Positions 1 through 12,400 of a DNA stretch of 64,000 nucleotides are shown here, piece after piece. The position numbers and the translations under genes were made by a program. Source of the stretch: Acanthaster planci. Its lineage: Eukaryota. The stretch is from the NCBI RefSeq assembly GCF_001949145.1, contig NW_019091355.1:5729068-5793067 (forward strand). The letters run 5' to 3'. A model generated the notes under the pieces. It did not search any database and was not told the DNA's origin. It saw only the letters and a list, made by a program, of their open reading frames with translations. Each line of letters starts with the position of its first letter. Position 1 is the stretch's first letter.

Positions 1-65
1 CCAGCCTCATACGGAAGTAGTGTGCCGCCTTGTCAAAGGCTGCATGCACACTCACAGGGGCCAGG
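1..65 (-). CDS. SGPL1: Sphingosine-1-phosphate lyase, coding exon 8 (truncated by window edge)
   Basis: Acceptor ttctag at 67-66; phase-2 join AT|C gives I-LAPVSVHAAFDKAAHYFRMRL, matching the SGPL1 'HAAFxKAAxYF' motif of group II PLP-dependent decarboxylase-fold enzymes. Confidence 0.93.
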
Positions 66-1396
66 CTAGAAGTCAATCAATAACAATCGACATGTTGAGT
101 CATATTCTTCCCTTCTGCTTTTAACCACATGAAATACTCATTAGGTCAAGTCCAGATTTCTAGTACAAGTTTCTATCATCCCTGTTATGATTTCTCTTTA
201 GCGAAGGCTCCCATAATTTATAGAGATGTCTGAATTTCCAGACTACAAAAACATTTAGAAAAAACTGAAACCTGCAAATTTTCATTTCTGCAATGATTTT
301 ACAGAGATGCTAATCGGGGATGGCACATAAAAAGAGCGTTATCTCACCATTTTTAAAACCATGCTTTAAGGAAATTTCACAAATTATCCCTTGGACTGCT
401 GAACAAGTACCAGCTAGAAAGTTCAGTTGGAGGGGCATGAGTGAAGTCTACATGTATGTAATCTGAGGGTCAAAGGTGGTAATCCTGCTGGGTTCATGAA
501 GCCAGTTTTCGTCACAGTTTATTTGATGATAAAGCATAGTTAAACAGTCCATAATCTCTAGATAAGTCCTGTGCTGCACAGTCAACTGGACATGCTGGGT
601 GGCAATCCCTAGTTAAACAGCCCACAGGAGTTAATTACTTTTTGCTGGACAACTCAGTTACTAGAGTGGTTTGAATTCAATTTCAATCCTCCTTGCTCAC
701 TCTCAACAGCAGGTTTGTTCTCTCAGTCCATTTCCCTTTCAGCTCGCTAGATAAGTCATTTCGTATTTGTGTATGAATGTGGAATGGAAAAATAACTTTC
801 TCTGCAGACATTTTTCTCTAATTAGCAACTAAACAGCATACAGCTGATAAAACAGTTCATTTAGCCTTGGAAACCTGGCTGTGCTAATTTATGATTCATT
901 CCAAAAACAATCACAGGATGTGCAGGTCAGTGCAAACAAATGGTTGCCCTGATGTTTCCTGTACTTTTAAAGTAACAGCCCTTTCCTGTTTTAAGTGATA
1001 AAATAGGCCATCAAGTTGATTCATCATTTTATTTTACAACGACAACTAACACGGTGGGAATAAAGAAAATGTACATATTGACATACATGTACTGGGAGGC
1101 TAATGGTATTAACACTGGGACGTTCTTCACTGGCCCACTGTTAAGATCGATACTTTTACTAAATCACTGATCACTGAATGAAGCCAGAAGACCTGTACAT
1201 GTAGGACCAAAACTCTGGTGCTGCTTTTTCGCTCTCTGTGTCCCTTTAGGAGATTAGGATTTGCAAGGATTAGGTAAAGACTGTGTCGCCACGGTAATAG
1301 GCTGACACCTTTGCAACCCTCTGTTATGGGGCAGAGGATCATGAACACCCACTAGGTGCAACAGGCATTGCTAAGGGAATCTCTTTTTCTACGTAC

Positions 1397-1485
1397 ATTT
1401 CTGGAAATTCTATCCCTCTTTCTCTGGCCCGTTCCCTGCAGGCCAGACATGCCATAAGGATGCTCTCCGTCCCTCCTGAAGTCAT
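1397..1485 (-). CDS. SGPL1: Sphingosine-1-phosphate lyase, coding exon 7
   Basis: cctcag acceptor, gtacgt donor, 89 nt; MTSGGTESILMACLACRERARERGIEFPE contains the TSGGTESI PLP phosphate-binding motif; not in the ORF track. Confidence 0.95.
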
Positions 1486-2176
1486 CTGAGGAGGGGGGAA
1501 ATTATGCCATCATCAACGTCTCTCAAAGGCTTACATGTACCTCACAACAAACAGTAAACTTTGCAATGTAAACGTTTGAAACAAAATCTACATTATATAT
1601 TTTTCAAATGGTCAAAATGGATGCCAACTTGCAAAAATCGGACTGATATAATCCATTCCCTAGTTTCATTTTTCTCAGAAACAACATCTGTCATATTATT
1701 CAATCTAAAAAAAAATGACGACTTTGTGCTTGATCACATTTTAAAAAGTTTAAATTTGTACATTTTTTTTATCACAAGCACCTGTCAAGTATGTTTAAAG
1801 TACAGCTTTGATGCACATCATACTGTCAATACATGGCCAAGCCAATCTGTGCTCACCCTAATCTCCATGTTTATGGAACTACAGTATGGCATTGGCTAAA
1901 TATTTTTTATCTAATAGCACATGATAGTTTCACAAAATAAAATGCAACTTTGTATTCTTATGGTCATACTGAGAAATCCAGAGGTGGTAATCAAACAGGT
2001 GTTTTATGATTAACTATATATGTCCAAGAACATGCAAATACTAAACTACCGTACCATACTATCCATCTGTTGCTTAAATAATTTTGAATATTCAAATACA
2101 TCAAACAAATCAGCCATAATTGGAATGTCTTTTGAATAGCTGATATGTAAATGGCCCCTGAACAGGAATAACTTAC

Positions 2177-2305
2177 AGCTCCACAGGAGTCTGGTCCCCC
2201 ACTGAACATAGATAAACACATGGCCACCACTTCCCCCTCCATGCGTCGCACACTAGGGAAAACGTCAGGATGTAGGGGGTTACTCCATGCGAAGTCTTTA
2301 TACAC
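2177..2305 (-). CDS. SGPL1: Sphingosine-1-phosphate lyase, coding exon 6
   Basis: aag acceptor after a polypyrimidine tract, gtaagt donor, 129 nt phase 0/0; [43 protein letters not shown] (hallmark NPLHPD motif). Confidence 0.96.
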
Positions 2306-3243
2306 CTTTAACAAAACAAAACAAAAAGAAACATGGAAAAAATATTGCAACTGCCTCACATCATTGCTAATTTGTATTCAAGGTTAAAAAAACAATAACA
2401 AAAAAGCATTCCATCTGTCATGATGAATTTTTCACCTAAGCATTCTCACAATTTACATGTATGTCATCTATTCGTACCTTTCAACAATAACTTTATTTGT
2501 GCTTATGATGTCTCATATTTCAATGGAGAAAATTCTCGAAATTTAGTGTGAGGAGTTTTGGGTCATTGCGTGGCACCTTTTAAAAGGAAATACTTTATTT
2601 CACAAGGTGGTTATTTGATTCATCAAACAAAAAAGTGTAAATGAATAACTGACGCATTGTACGTAGATTAGTTGAGTAAGTTAATTGAGTATACTTATCA
2701 ACCCATTTGATGCAAAGCAAGTTTGACTGCTTAATGGGAAAGAGTGGTACATGTACATGTACACGTATGTTAGTTGTTACATAACAGAATGTTATTGAAT
2801 ACATACTTTAAGGTTAAAGCTCACTGGCCAGATTGACAAACTGAACGATTTCCTTTATGAAAGTATGACTAGCAATGATATGGTAATACCATCTTTAAAT
2901 AGTCTTTCTATGACTTCCCTTTCTACTCATTAAGCACTCTCCTTCCGCTAACTTCACTGTCTAAATGATAATGTTCAGCTCCAATTTTATTTTTCATAAT
3001 TTATAGATGGGTAAGGCCCAAAATCCACATGTACTGACAAGCCATCTCTTTCACAGCACTGAAAATTGGGTTTGAAATTACAGCATTACAGGGTTAAGCA
3101 TTAAGCTCAAAAATGTCACCAGACTAGGAGCACTTTTGACTAGACCAGTGCCAAAATGAATACCTCATTAACAATTTGAAATGGAGGAATGTTTTGTTGA
3201 AAAGGTTTCTTAACCAATGACCAGATAAAAGATACATGTAGTG

Positions 3244-3398
3244 GGGTCATTCCATGAGGTTTGGGCACAATTTGTGACGGTGTCCTTGTTACATGTCAAT
3301 TTGGAATCCACATGCACAGAAATGGCTGTTCATTTTTAAGGAACCCATGTAACAATTGACACCATCACAAATTGTGCCCCAACCTCATGGAATGACCC
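3244..3398. mobile_element. MITE copy A (GGG termini, about 40-bp TIR, Sola2-like)
   Basis: TIR gggtcattccatgagg..gggcacaatttgtga and its reverse complement; flanks AGTG/AGTA; same family as 24188-24441. Confidence 0.85.
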
Positions 3399-6300
3399 AG
3401 TACTCTCTCTATCAATTATTCAATAGAGTTGAATTTGTTGAACTGAATACTTTGCTGGTGAAAACAATTTCAGTCAAATGAAATACACTATGAGGCAGTA
3501 AAATTTAACGTCGCTCCCTTGCACTGGTTAAAACCTATTACGGTGGTATAATAAAACAATTATTACCTTCTGTGACGGAGGTCCATGTGTTATGTACATG
3601 TACACCGAGGGTGTGTGCCATTTGTCCCTGAGGGTGTACAAAACATCATGGACCTCCAGCAGATAATTGTATGTTGTATACAAGGCCGTTCTTACCAAAT
3701 TGGAACAAATTTACTGTGACGGCAATGAAAAATGAAAATTGGTTCACAAACATGGACATTAAGTGAAAGGGACTTCAAACAGGATGGTGGACATCGGTAG
3801 CCCTCACCCTCAAGGTTTGGAGTAAATCACATGAAGACCTTTCTGACTTTGATACAATCAAGCCTTGTTAACTGACCAGTGAAAAAGCCACTCGATCCTT
3901 GGTCTTTCTTTCGGTCACAGAAAAACACCACAACAATCATTTGAAACACCAGACTGACTCAATGAAAAAATGGATAAGGTTAAACAATCAAGTGGTTGTT
4001 TCCAACCCAATCTTTCTAAAAAGTGGGCATGTGGTATTCTAATCTACTGACATATGCACTGTAGGTTTACCAGAGGGTGTTCTTTATTATTATGGTAATT
4101 TGGTGTACAAAAGGTTATTCAGGCCTATCCATGCAACACAAAAGCACTGCCCAATCCCAGCCTTGACACACATGGCTATAAACTAGCCATAGTGTAGTGT
4201 TGGTGTGTACACGTATACTGTATACGCTGTAAAAGTACATGTGCATGTATTTTGATTTATTTTTTTCATTTGTCTTTATCCTGATAAGGCCTGTCAGGAC
4301 CACACTAGAAATGAATTTTTAGCTTTACAATTTTCCTGTCATAAAGTTTTTTCTTTGCCTGTTTTATTTCTTCGTGCTATGTATTGTCTGGTGTTTGGTG
4401 TTTTAAGTCTCTTTTATGAATGTGCCATTGTGTAACGATGTTCTGTGTTCTCTTGTCATTTTTGCATGAGCCAAATCAAACAAGCCAATAATGTTTGTTA
4501 CAACCTTTTACCTGCAAAGCCTTACAATGCAATAATGTGTAAAATTATTGTAAAATGTAAAAGGGTTTAATTTGGAAAATGTTTAGACACCTTTCCCATA
4601 CCAAGGCGGCTACTGCATCCCTCGGTGTTTTCATGCACAATTGTAAAGTTCAACAATGTACATGGTCCAACCAATGTAAAAATGTAGATTGACGATGGGG
4701 TATTTAAAACAAGCAATGTTTTATATTGTTTTAGAATCCATTTCTGATCTAAAAAAGTACATGGATGCGTAAAGGGGAAAAAACAGTTTGTGAGGGGCAT
4801 CGTTTACAATAAAAATGAACACCAGATTGCATCGATCAAAACGTCAAACCTCTAGAAGAGGCGGTTCCATTTACATGTACATGTTTGGGAAAATCTGTAA
4901 ATGGACTTGGAACTTTTTTCGTTAAATGTGTAAACATCCCGCCCTAAAATGACACCTTTCAACTCTTTCATTGAAAACCTTTACAGCATAGGAAAGGGCT
5001 TCACAGGAATTAGGTGAATTACCAGAGAGGCACAGATCACATGATGCACAGCTGGCTACAATAACCTCCCACCTACAAGGCTACAAGTACAAAGATACGG
5101 GTAATAACAATGGAGCAATCCAACAATGGTCTCTCTCCCTGATGCTTACACAAGATACATTCATAGATAACTCTTGACCTCTGACCTTCAAATACTTACA
5201 CAGTGCTTTTTCTAATAGTATCACTTTTACACTGGAAAATCGGTTCTATAAATAAATTATGCTGGTACCTATGCCGTGTTGTATGGAATCTTCCAAAACA
5301 AGTTAGATTGCGCAACAAGGATAGCTTTCATGAGGCACATGCATAAAGGTTCTCAGATTTAGTGTTGGTAGAGACATTCCTTGTTGGCAAACATTGGGAA
5401 GCTCATCAATTTTTATGTTTACAGAGCCTCTATCCAATTTGCAAACACCATAAAGCCATAAGCTTGTATACAAATAATGAATGTCAATGAGTCCACTAGT
5501 GAGAATAATTTCATAAGGCGACAGATGAATGGAAGTTCACCTGTCAACCCATGAAATTATTCTGACCACTGCACTCATAGGCATTTATTGTTTGCTCTAT
5601 ACAATACTTGCATTACATGTAATCCTTCCAGTCTACCATTAAGTGAAACAGATTCATGTCCTAAGCACCACCCACTAGTGGTACCTGTACCATGCAACAT
5701 TAGATTGGTTCCCTTCCCAACATTACTTTCCTCAATTTCTAGTGGGAACCAGTCAAGTGGAATCAACTTCTATTCAACAGGTACCATGGAATAGAACAAA
5801 AAACTCCCTGACATGTGGTCAACAATCCACCAATCAGATGATGGGGATTTATGCAGGTACATGTATTGTACGATGTGCTACAGCAACTGTAGAAACAGCA
5901 TAGTGCACGCTTTCAACATAGCCACCCACAAGCAACTATTAGCATGTCTAGTCTGAGTTGTGACATAAAAATTTCAAGCACAGTTGTCGCTTCTGGTCAC
6001 CAGATATTTTCTCATGCTGTTATGTGTAGGTACCTCCTGAAATTGGCTGAATTTAGTTTGGTGATTTTGATGTGTAAAAACAGCTGTCTTGTAACTTGAA
6101 TCCATTATGTTTTTCACTCTATAACAAGCAAATAAGTGCCAAACTTGATTAAAAAGTTACCAACTCTTAAATTATTTCAAGGTTTCAAAACATTGTTTCT
6201 TTCTGCTCTGACAGAAAACTTCTACCCTTTTTTTGGTTACATGTAGATGAACTTACCTGATATAGACAGCTCAATGGTTACAGGTTTTCTCAACCATTTC

Positions 6301-6465
6301 CAGACGGTATTATTTGGGCTGAAAATTTTGACTTTCAAATATGGGCGTGCGCGGCGGTTTAACCTGTCAGCCATGCCTGTGTACATAAATGGCTTGATCG
6401 TATCACCCATCCTCCAGCAAAGTAGTTAATGTGGACTAGTTGAAGCAACTCAAAGATGACATTAC

Positions 6466-6545
6466 CTTTGCACAGAGGGATGACAGTTCATCCGTTCCCC
6501 CATACACACAGCCAGAAACTCTGCCTTTCTTCCAGTCTATCTCAT
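6466..6545 (-). CDS. SGPL1: Sphingosine-1-phosphate lyase, coding exon 5
   Basis: acag acceptor, gtaat donor, 80 nt phase 1/0; DEIDWKKGRVSGCVYGGTDELSSLCAK (WxxGrxSGxVY motif). Confidence 0.93.
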
Positions 6546-6929
6546 CTGTATCAACAGGATGAACCAAGACATGGTCAACTACTGATGTTGAACTTGGAAT
6601 TGTTTCTTCTGCAATCTGTCTCACCGCTGATCAACACATTCCCCCTTCATTGACATCAAAGTATTCACATCTACCTACACAGCCATTATCATCATCAAAC
6701 ATTTAAAATCTTCGCAACAGCCTACAAGAATCTCTATGTGTAACTATTCAGTACCAATGAAGCCATACCATCTGATCACCACTCGTCCTCTGTATTACCA
6801 ACACGGATCTTGTATAGACCATTATCCCCAGATCACCTCTGAACTCATCACCATCACCACCCTGATTGTCACCAGGTCTCTAATGTCAGCTGTCATCAAC
6901 ATTCCCAGTGCTGCCACTGCCCAGCACTA

Positions 6930-7190
6930 TCATTCATACCACCATTCCAATCATCAAACCGATTTCAATCATTGCCACCATTCCAATCATCACATTGATT
7001 TAAATCATCACTGCCATTCTTATCACACTGAATTGAACCATCACCACCATTCCTAAGGGTACATGTATCATCACATTGATAGAAATCATCACCACACTGC
7101 AATCTTCACATTAATTTCAATCATCACCACAATCCAAATCAATCCTACCATCTCAATTCAACATGTTTCACCATCATCAATTCCATCAAA
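6930..7190. repeat. Degenerate tandem repeat (unit of about 33-36 bp) / (CAT,CAC)-rich low-complexity tract
   Basis: Recurrent caccattccaatcatcacattgatttaaatcat-like units; a similar CAC/CAT-rich tract lies at about 8470-8620. Confidence 0.7.
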
Positions 7191-8007
7191 AATTAGCGAC
7201 GATGAAGGATCTATAACATGCACATGTATCCACCAGATCTGGTGTTTGATGTTCTGTGCATTATTATCCCTGAAACATTTTGACATGTAAAAACCATCTC
7301 ATCAAGGGAGTACGTACTGCAGTGCAACCATTTCAGGCACAACCTGGTAAATAAATGTCAATAAGACTCTCTGCTCTCACAGTTACCATGCATGTGTACC
7401 AAGTGACTCCTAGGTGGAGAGGCAAGTGGAGGAAGAGCAGAGAGCTATTTGCATAAACAGAGGGCTAACTCATCATTTTCAATTCATGTGCATGTCTGTA
7501 GACAATAACAAATTAAGATCCATGGAACACATTCTGAATCATGCAACACTCAAGTGTAACATCTGCAAGAGCACAGAGCCTGTTTTTTGACACTACAATT
7601 AGTTTCTGCAGTACAGATATCCATGCATTTCCATTGTTTACGCAGCACAAAATAAATGCTTATTTACTTGCTTGGGCATTCAAACATTTTTTTGCAGATC
7701 AACTTTGTTGATGTATCAACAACAGTGTTGATGTAACACTTCAGACTACAGCATACAGATGCAAACATGCAAATAGCTGCACAAGAGCTGTGCAAAATAT
7801 CATGTTTTCCATTACCTTGAGTTTCTGTGTAAACATGGATCGCCAAGCAGGCATCATATTGTAATTGAGTTGGCGCTTGACCCTAATGTTTGCCGCAATT
7901 GTTGAATTTAAATTCCTGACAATATAATCTGGAGTTAGAAATCCTAACCTCCAGGCCACATATCCCACATCACAGCTAGATCAATTACCATCACATCATT
8001 TTACCAT

Positions 8008-8471
8008 TACGGCTGTGCCAAATATCCAAAAATCTGAATATTCGATCGATAATCAAATACTTGAATATTATTTTCCAAATTTGAGTATTCGAATGCGAAA
8101 TTCATGAACAAGAAGGGAGAATTTTCTTTTTTTTAAATGAGAAAAATTGCATGAGCAGATTCAAATGAAAAGTGACAGAAATCTTACAACGAATCAACGA
8201 ATAAATTGTTCATTAAATAATTTTAAAAAATAGAAACTTTCAAGAGGGCAAGAAGTACTTTTCATCTCTTAAATCTTGCTAAAGTGTGGACGTAAGAAGC
8301 TGCATCTGTTGTAATGATTACAATGTACAATTGTGTGCATTATTGCAACTGATTTTGTATATGGTTTAAACATCAACAATCTGCCAGTTGGTAAGACCTA
8401 ATATTCGGATATTCGATCAAACTGAAGGTCGAATATTCAAATAGTGAATTATTCGAATTGACTCAGCCCTA
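8008..8471. mobile_element. Non-autonomous hAT-like element
   Basis: Termini tacggctg.../...cagcccta (TAGGGCTG-type), clustered subterminal gaatattcga repeats at both ends, degenerate 8-bp TSD tttaccat/atcaccat. Confidence 0.65.
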
Positions 8472-8633
8472 ATCACCATTAATCCGAATCCCATATCATC
8501 CTCACCACCTTCATAATGTGGATCACCACCATCCCCTAAGCACTCACATTCACCATATGTTCACCATCACCGCCATGACTTTCATCACCAACACCACCCT
8601 TACCCCTTCATCCTCAACTTCCTTCCAACCTAC

Positions 8634-8784
8634 CCATGGCATGGTATCCATTCTTGATTCTCCTGAGTACAGCACTCTCAGACATTCCTTTCATGGGGAG
8701 GGCCTTCAGGTATACCTCCCCATCTTTCATGCAGTTTAAACTGCGAGTCACAGCAGCCTTGGACTTCTCCATTTCCTTCTTGAC
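8634..8784 (-). CDS. SGPL1: Sphingosine-1-phosphate lyase, coding exon 4
   Basis: ttttag acceptor, gtagg donor, 151 nt phase 0/1; VKKEMEKSKAAVTRSLNCMKDGEVYLKALPMKGMSESAVLRRIKNGYHAM (YxKALPxxG as in SGPL1). Confidence 0.9.
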
Positions 8785-9544
8785 CTAAAAACATCAACAT
8801 TGAGTAAAACTGTGTATAATTCCAATAAAATCACTGCAACTTTGTGACTTGTCACATAAAAGAGAACTGAGACCATTGCTTAATTATTTACCTGGATTAC
8901 AGTATGGGTGGTGTGGTGAGTGGACAATATTTTTGCAAGTGAAGGGCCATTTATATTATAGTGTCTCTATAATGGTTTGGGACAGAAAAGTACTCAAATG
9001 AAACTGTCATTCAGTTTTTACATAGATGTACGACACAGTGCATGTCACACACTGTATGTACATGTATGCCCATGCATCCATTATACATGTACATGGTTGG
9101 GTCTGCCAAACTGTAACACTACAGAGGGGTGAATGGGAAACTTTGAGATGCTTGGTAGTGGCAATCATACCACCAGTGTTGGAGCAGTCCTACTCAAACT
9201 CAAGTACACCTTGAATACCAACGAGTACTTGGCCTGTACTCGACTGGAAGTACTCAAAAAAAAAAAAGAATCGGTATGTTGCTGCCACCAACACATCCAA
9301 GTCTCCCATCGGAAGCATCCCAACTATAATTGGGGCAGATGTTATCGATGCATATCATAGTTTCTTTTCCTCTATATCATTATGTCAATTCACAGTGTTT
9401 GTCATAGGCAATTGTACCTCTCACTTTTCAAAAATTGAGGGGAAAAAAGGGTGAAAGTTTTTGAACAGAATTTTGAAAAAGCAGTCCAGAAGCCCCTAAA
9501 GCAATTTTGAATTGTGCCAGGACATTGTGACAGTTGGAACTTAC

Positions 9545-9612
9545 CACTTGTTTGACAAACGGTAGACTACGGAAAGTCTTGAAGAATGACATCTTAATTC
9601 GCTCAGGTATTG
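9545..9612 (-). CDS. SGPL1: Sphingosine-1-phosphate lyase, coding exon 3
   Basis: ttag acceptor, gtaagt donor, 68 nt phase 1/0; TIPERIKMSFFKTFRSLPFVKQV, the basic juxtamembrane segment. Confidence 0.88.
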
Positions 9613-10068
9613 CTAATGGTGAATTGAAAAATAACAGCAACATGTTTAGATTTGGGAAGGCAGAATTCAGATTTAGAAAAACAAGTTAGTATATACATTT
9701 AGTTCACCAGTTCAGAAAATTTCAAAAATAGAAAAAGCACCATCCTAAACTTATGTACATAAACACAAAGGCTTTTCATTATTTTCTCAAACAATACATA
9801 AAATTGTTGACGAAATCGGAACAAAAATTTTCGAATACACATAGGAAACAAATAGGCCTTGAGAAAGGCAGACAAAAAATTGATTATTCCAGAGACTTGT
9901 CTGAAACTCTGACATCTTGAAGACACAACTGAAGACTGGAGACTCTTGAGCTGTTAAGTAACCCTTTGAATGACTGAATAATGAAGAAATGGTTTCAGTC
10001 ACTGAGATACAAGTTACATGTACTACATTACTCTATATACCAAATATCTGAATTAATTAGCCGCTTAC

Positions 10069-10216
10069 TAAGTAGTGGATGCCTCATCCAGTTGTACAGC
10101 CATGCCAAAATGATTGTGATCCCAACCGACATTGCAATCAGTTGCCATGGTTCTTGATCCGAGCAACAGTCATTGACCTTCACCCGAGCATCATTAAGGT
10201 ACAGCTTGGCAACCTC
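10069..10216 (-). CDS. SGPL1: Sphingosine-1-phosphate lyase, coding exon 2 (transmembrane anchor)
   Basis: tttcag acceptor, gtaagc donor, 148 nt phase 0/1; EVAKLYLNDARVKVNDCCSDQEPWQLIAMSVGITIILAWLYNWMRHPLL (EPWQLIA followed by a hydrophobic helix). Confidence 0.92.
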
Positions 10217-11197
10217 CTGAAAGTTAAAGGAAGGGTACAAAATCTTTGAGATTCTTCACAGAAAAAGAAAATTCCTTGTCAATTACGGGGTTGATCAAAA
10301 TGTTTGACTGAAAAGGGACTGGACCTTTTGACCTTAAATTGAAAGTGTTTTGATTTGTCAACAGAATGATTTGCCTTATAAGTTACAGGGACTAGTCAGA
10401 AGCCATGAATGCAGGCCTTTTCTTGTTTCAGTATCTCTCAACCAGAAAAAACTGACTTGCTCAAACTATGACATTCTCATCCTTTTTGGCAATTCATATC
10501 TTTAGCAGTCTCTCATTTCAGTCCTGACACTTTTCATGAATTTTCATGTCAAGGACAAGAAAGTTTCATTTTTGAAAATAATGAGAAAATGTTCAAGAAT
10601 ACATCTACATGTACCTGGATGGATGTCAATTCAAAACCAGGGGTGATGTTATCACAGGACAGCAGTGGAATTGCGTGCCTTCAATTTAATTTGACAATGA
10701 CGTGCTTGTTTGCATCCACAAACTCGGGTGAGAAAATCATATTTCTTTCCAATTTACTATTCAAAACTATCTTTAAAAGGGGTCAAAATAATTAAGAGAA
10801 CAATCGGTGATGTGGGAGATGTCATTCTGTAAGACAAGTGTAAGAGAGATATGATGACAGAGTTCAAAGTTACAGGCTTATCACTGAAAATTGTCATGAT
10901 TGTGCTCAACTTCAAGTTGCTTGTGTTGTCATGATTGTGAAGATATGTCAGTTGTGTGAGGCAATGCTATACATGGAGTGTCAAAGCATGGAGGTAGGGT
11001 CAAAGTGTCATGTCCACAGAATTTATTTCTGTAAACTAAAACACGTAGGGGACGGAGTTAGCGACTTCGAGTTCTCGAAGTTCACACAGTTTTACTGTTC
11101 ACATCAAATACCCAGAATTTTGCCTGGTTCCTAACTTCTGTCATTCCTAATATCTGCTTGCTTCTTTCATGTTTTTAGCACTCCACTCTTTACTTAC

Positions 11198-11251
11198 CGC
11201 ATATTTCCACAACTGTTGTTCAACATTTGCTGCCGTAAAACTGCCCTCCAT
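11198..11251 (-). CDS. SGPL1: Sphingosine-1-phosphate lyase, first coding exon
   Basis: ATG in acaATGG context, 54 nt MEGSFTAANVEQQLWKYA, strong GCG|gtaagt donor, phase 0 compatible with exon 2; sits at the edge of a CpG-rich region. Confidence 0.78.
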
Positions 11252-11680
11252 TGTGCCTCGCTGGGAGAGAGCCGCCGGCGGGTTTCTTATTACTTCGTAA
11301 AGTTCGTCTAAATTAAATTACTGGAAAAGGGCACTAGGCCTACTTTCTCATCAAAGTTTACTTCAAAATAAAATGCCACGCCGATTGACAGCGGCGATCA
11401 CGTGAAAATTTATTGCAAAATTACACGTATATTTGTCACAGTAACCGGCGAACAATGGTTCTTCTCACCGTGTACTCATTGATCGGTTAACCGACCGGTT
11501 GACGTTACGTTTGCCAAGGGTTTAAGACCATGACCCCAACGAACTTTGCTCTACTGGGTCAACAAACTTCACGGCAAACGGCACCCAGACGAACATCCAC
11601 AACAGTAGTGCAGAAAACGAGTAGAACATCAGACGAAATGAATCATTTGAACTGCAGAGGGCGCTATTTAAATATCCATC
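11252..11680 (-). promoter_or_regulatory. CpG-rich putative SGPL1 promoter/5'UTR with E-box and CTCF-like site
   Basis: Abrupt CpG enrichment relative to the CpG-poor introns; TCACGTGA E-box at 11398-11405; ACTGCAGAGGGCGCTA (CTCF-consensus-like) at 11651-11666. Confidence 0.55.
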
Positions 11681-11809
11681 TTGGAGATTCTTTTGTTGAC
11701 TAGACTAGGTACGGGTGGGCCTTTCAAGAGTCGAGTTCGGACTAACCGTTTGAACTCCCACACTTTAGGCCCACTTTCCTACGGTATAAACGTGAACAGG
11801 GTTGTGAGA

Positions 11810-12400
11810 ATTCAATTCATTTACATTTTTTTCTTCCTCGTGGCAAAATAGACAATGTACAACTTATGAGATACTGCCACTAAAGGTGACAAAGCTTGTG
11901 TCACTGCCATTACGAGAAGCAAGACAATACAAAAGAAAAACATACAAACAGGGAAAACATTAATTAGATACAAAATGAGCATCAAATAAAATGATGAATG
12001 AGAGGGTTATGGCAGGGGATTACATATACTTGATCACACATAAGACTAGGGGTACCCTAGAGACTGGGACGCATGAAATCCGTTGCATAAGATAATTTAA
12101 TTTAAGTTGCTAAGCTTGAAACTGTTGACCTTAAACATCCGATCTGAGAGTAGACAAAGCTCTTCCATAGTTTAGGTTCGGAATAACCGATACTGTATTG
12201 AAAAGTAGAAGTTCTGAATATGAAACTCTTTTCTTTTTCTTTGTTTTATGAATGAAGACTTCTCAGAGTTCGTTATTACGAGGCATCATTCGTTTTGTAA
12301 TATACAGTCTAGAATAGTGTCTTTTTTAGTTGTTTTAACTTGTCCAAGAACTCGTTCGTTTTTTTATTTGAAAGAGGCCTGCTTAGTTGTCAACTGACAG
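11810..12400 (-). mobile_element. 3' end of a LINE (L2/Crack/Daphne-like ORF2 C-terminus and 3'UTR)
   Basis: Minus strand reads RTSTFQYSIGYSEPKLWKS (resembles the RT..F.YSI.Y.GP.LWN ORF2 terminus), followed by a T-rich UTR ending in A-rich/aattg repeats. Confidence 0.5.

Noticed and set aside
6736..7290. His-rich ORFs
   Set aside because: They translate degenerate CAT/CAC repeats on the antisense strand of an SGPL1 intron
9174..9294. CAGTGTTGG...CCAACAC hAT-like mini-element with gagtac repeats
   Set aside because: The right terminus is incomplete and there is no TSD, so it is too degraded to call
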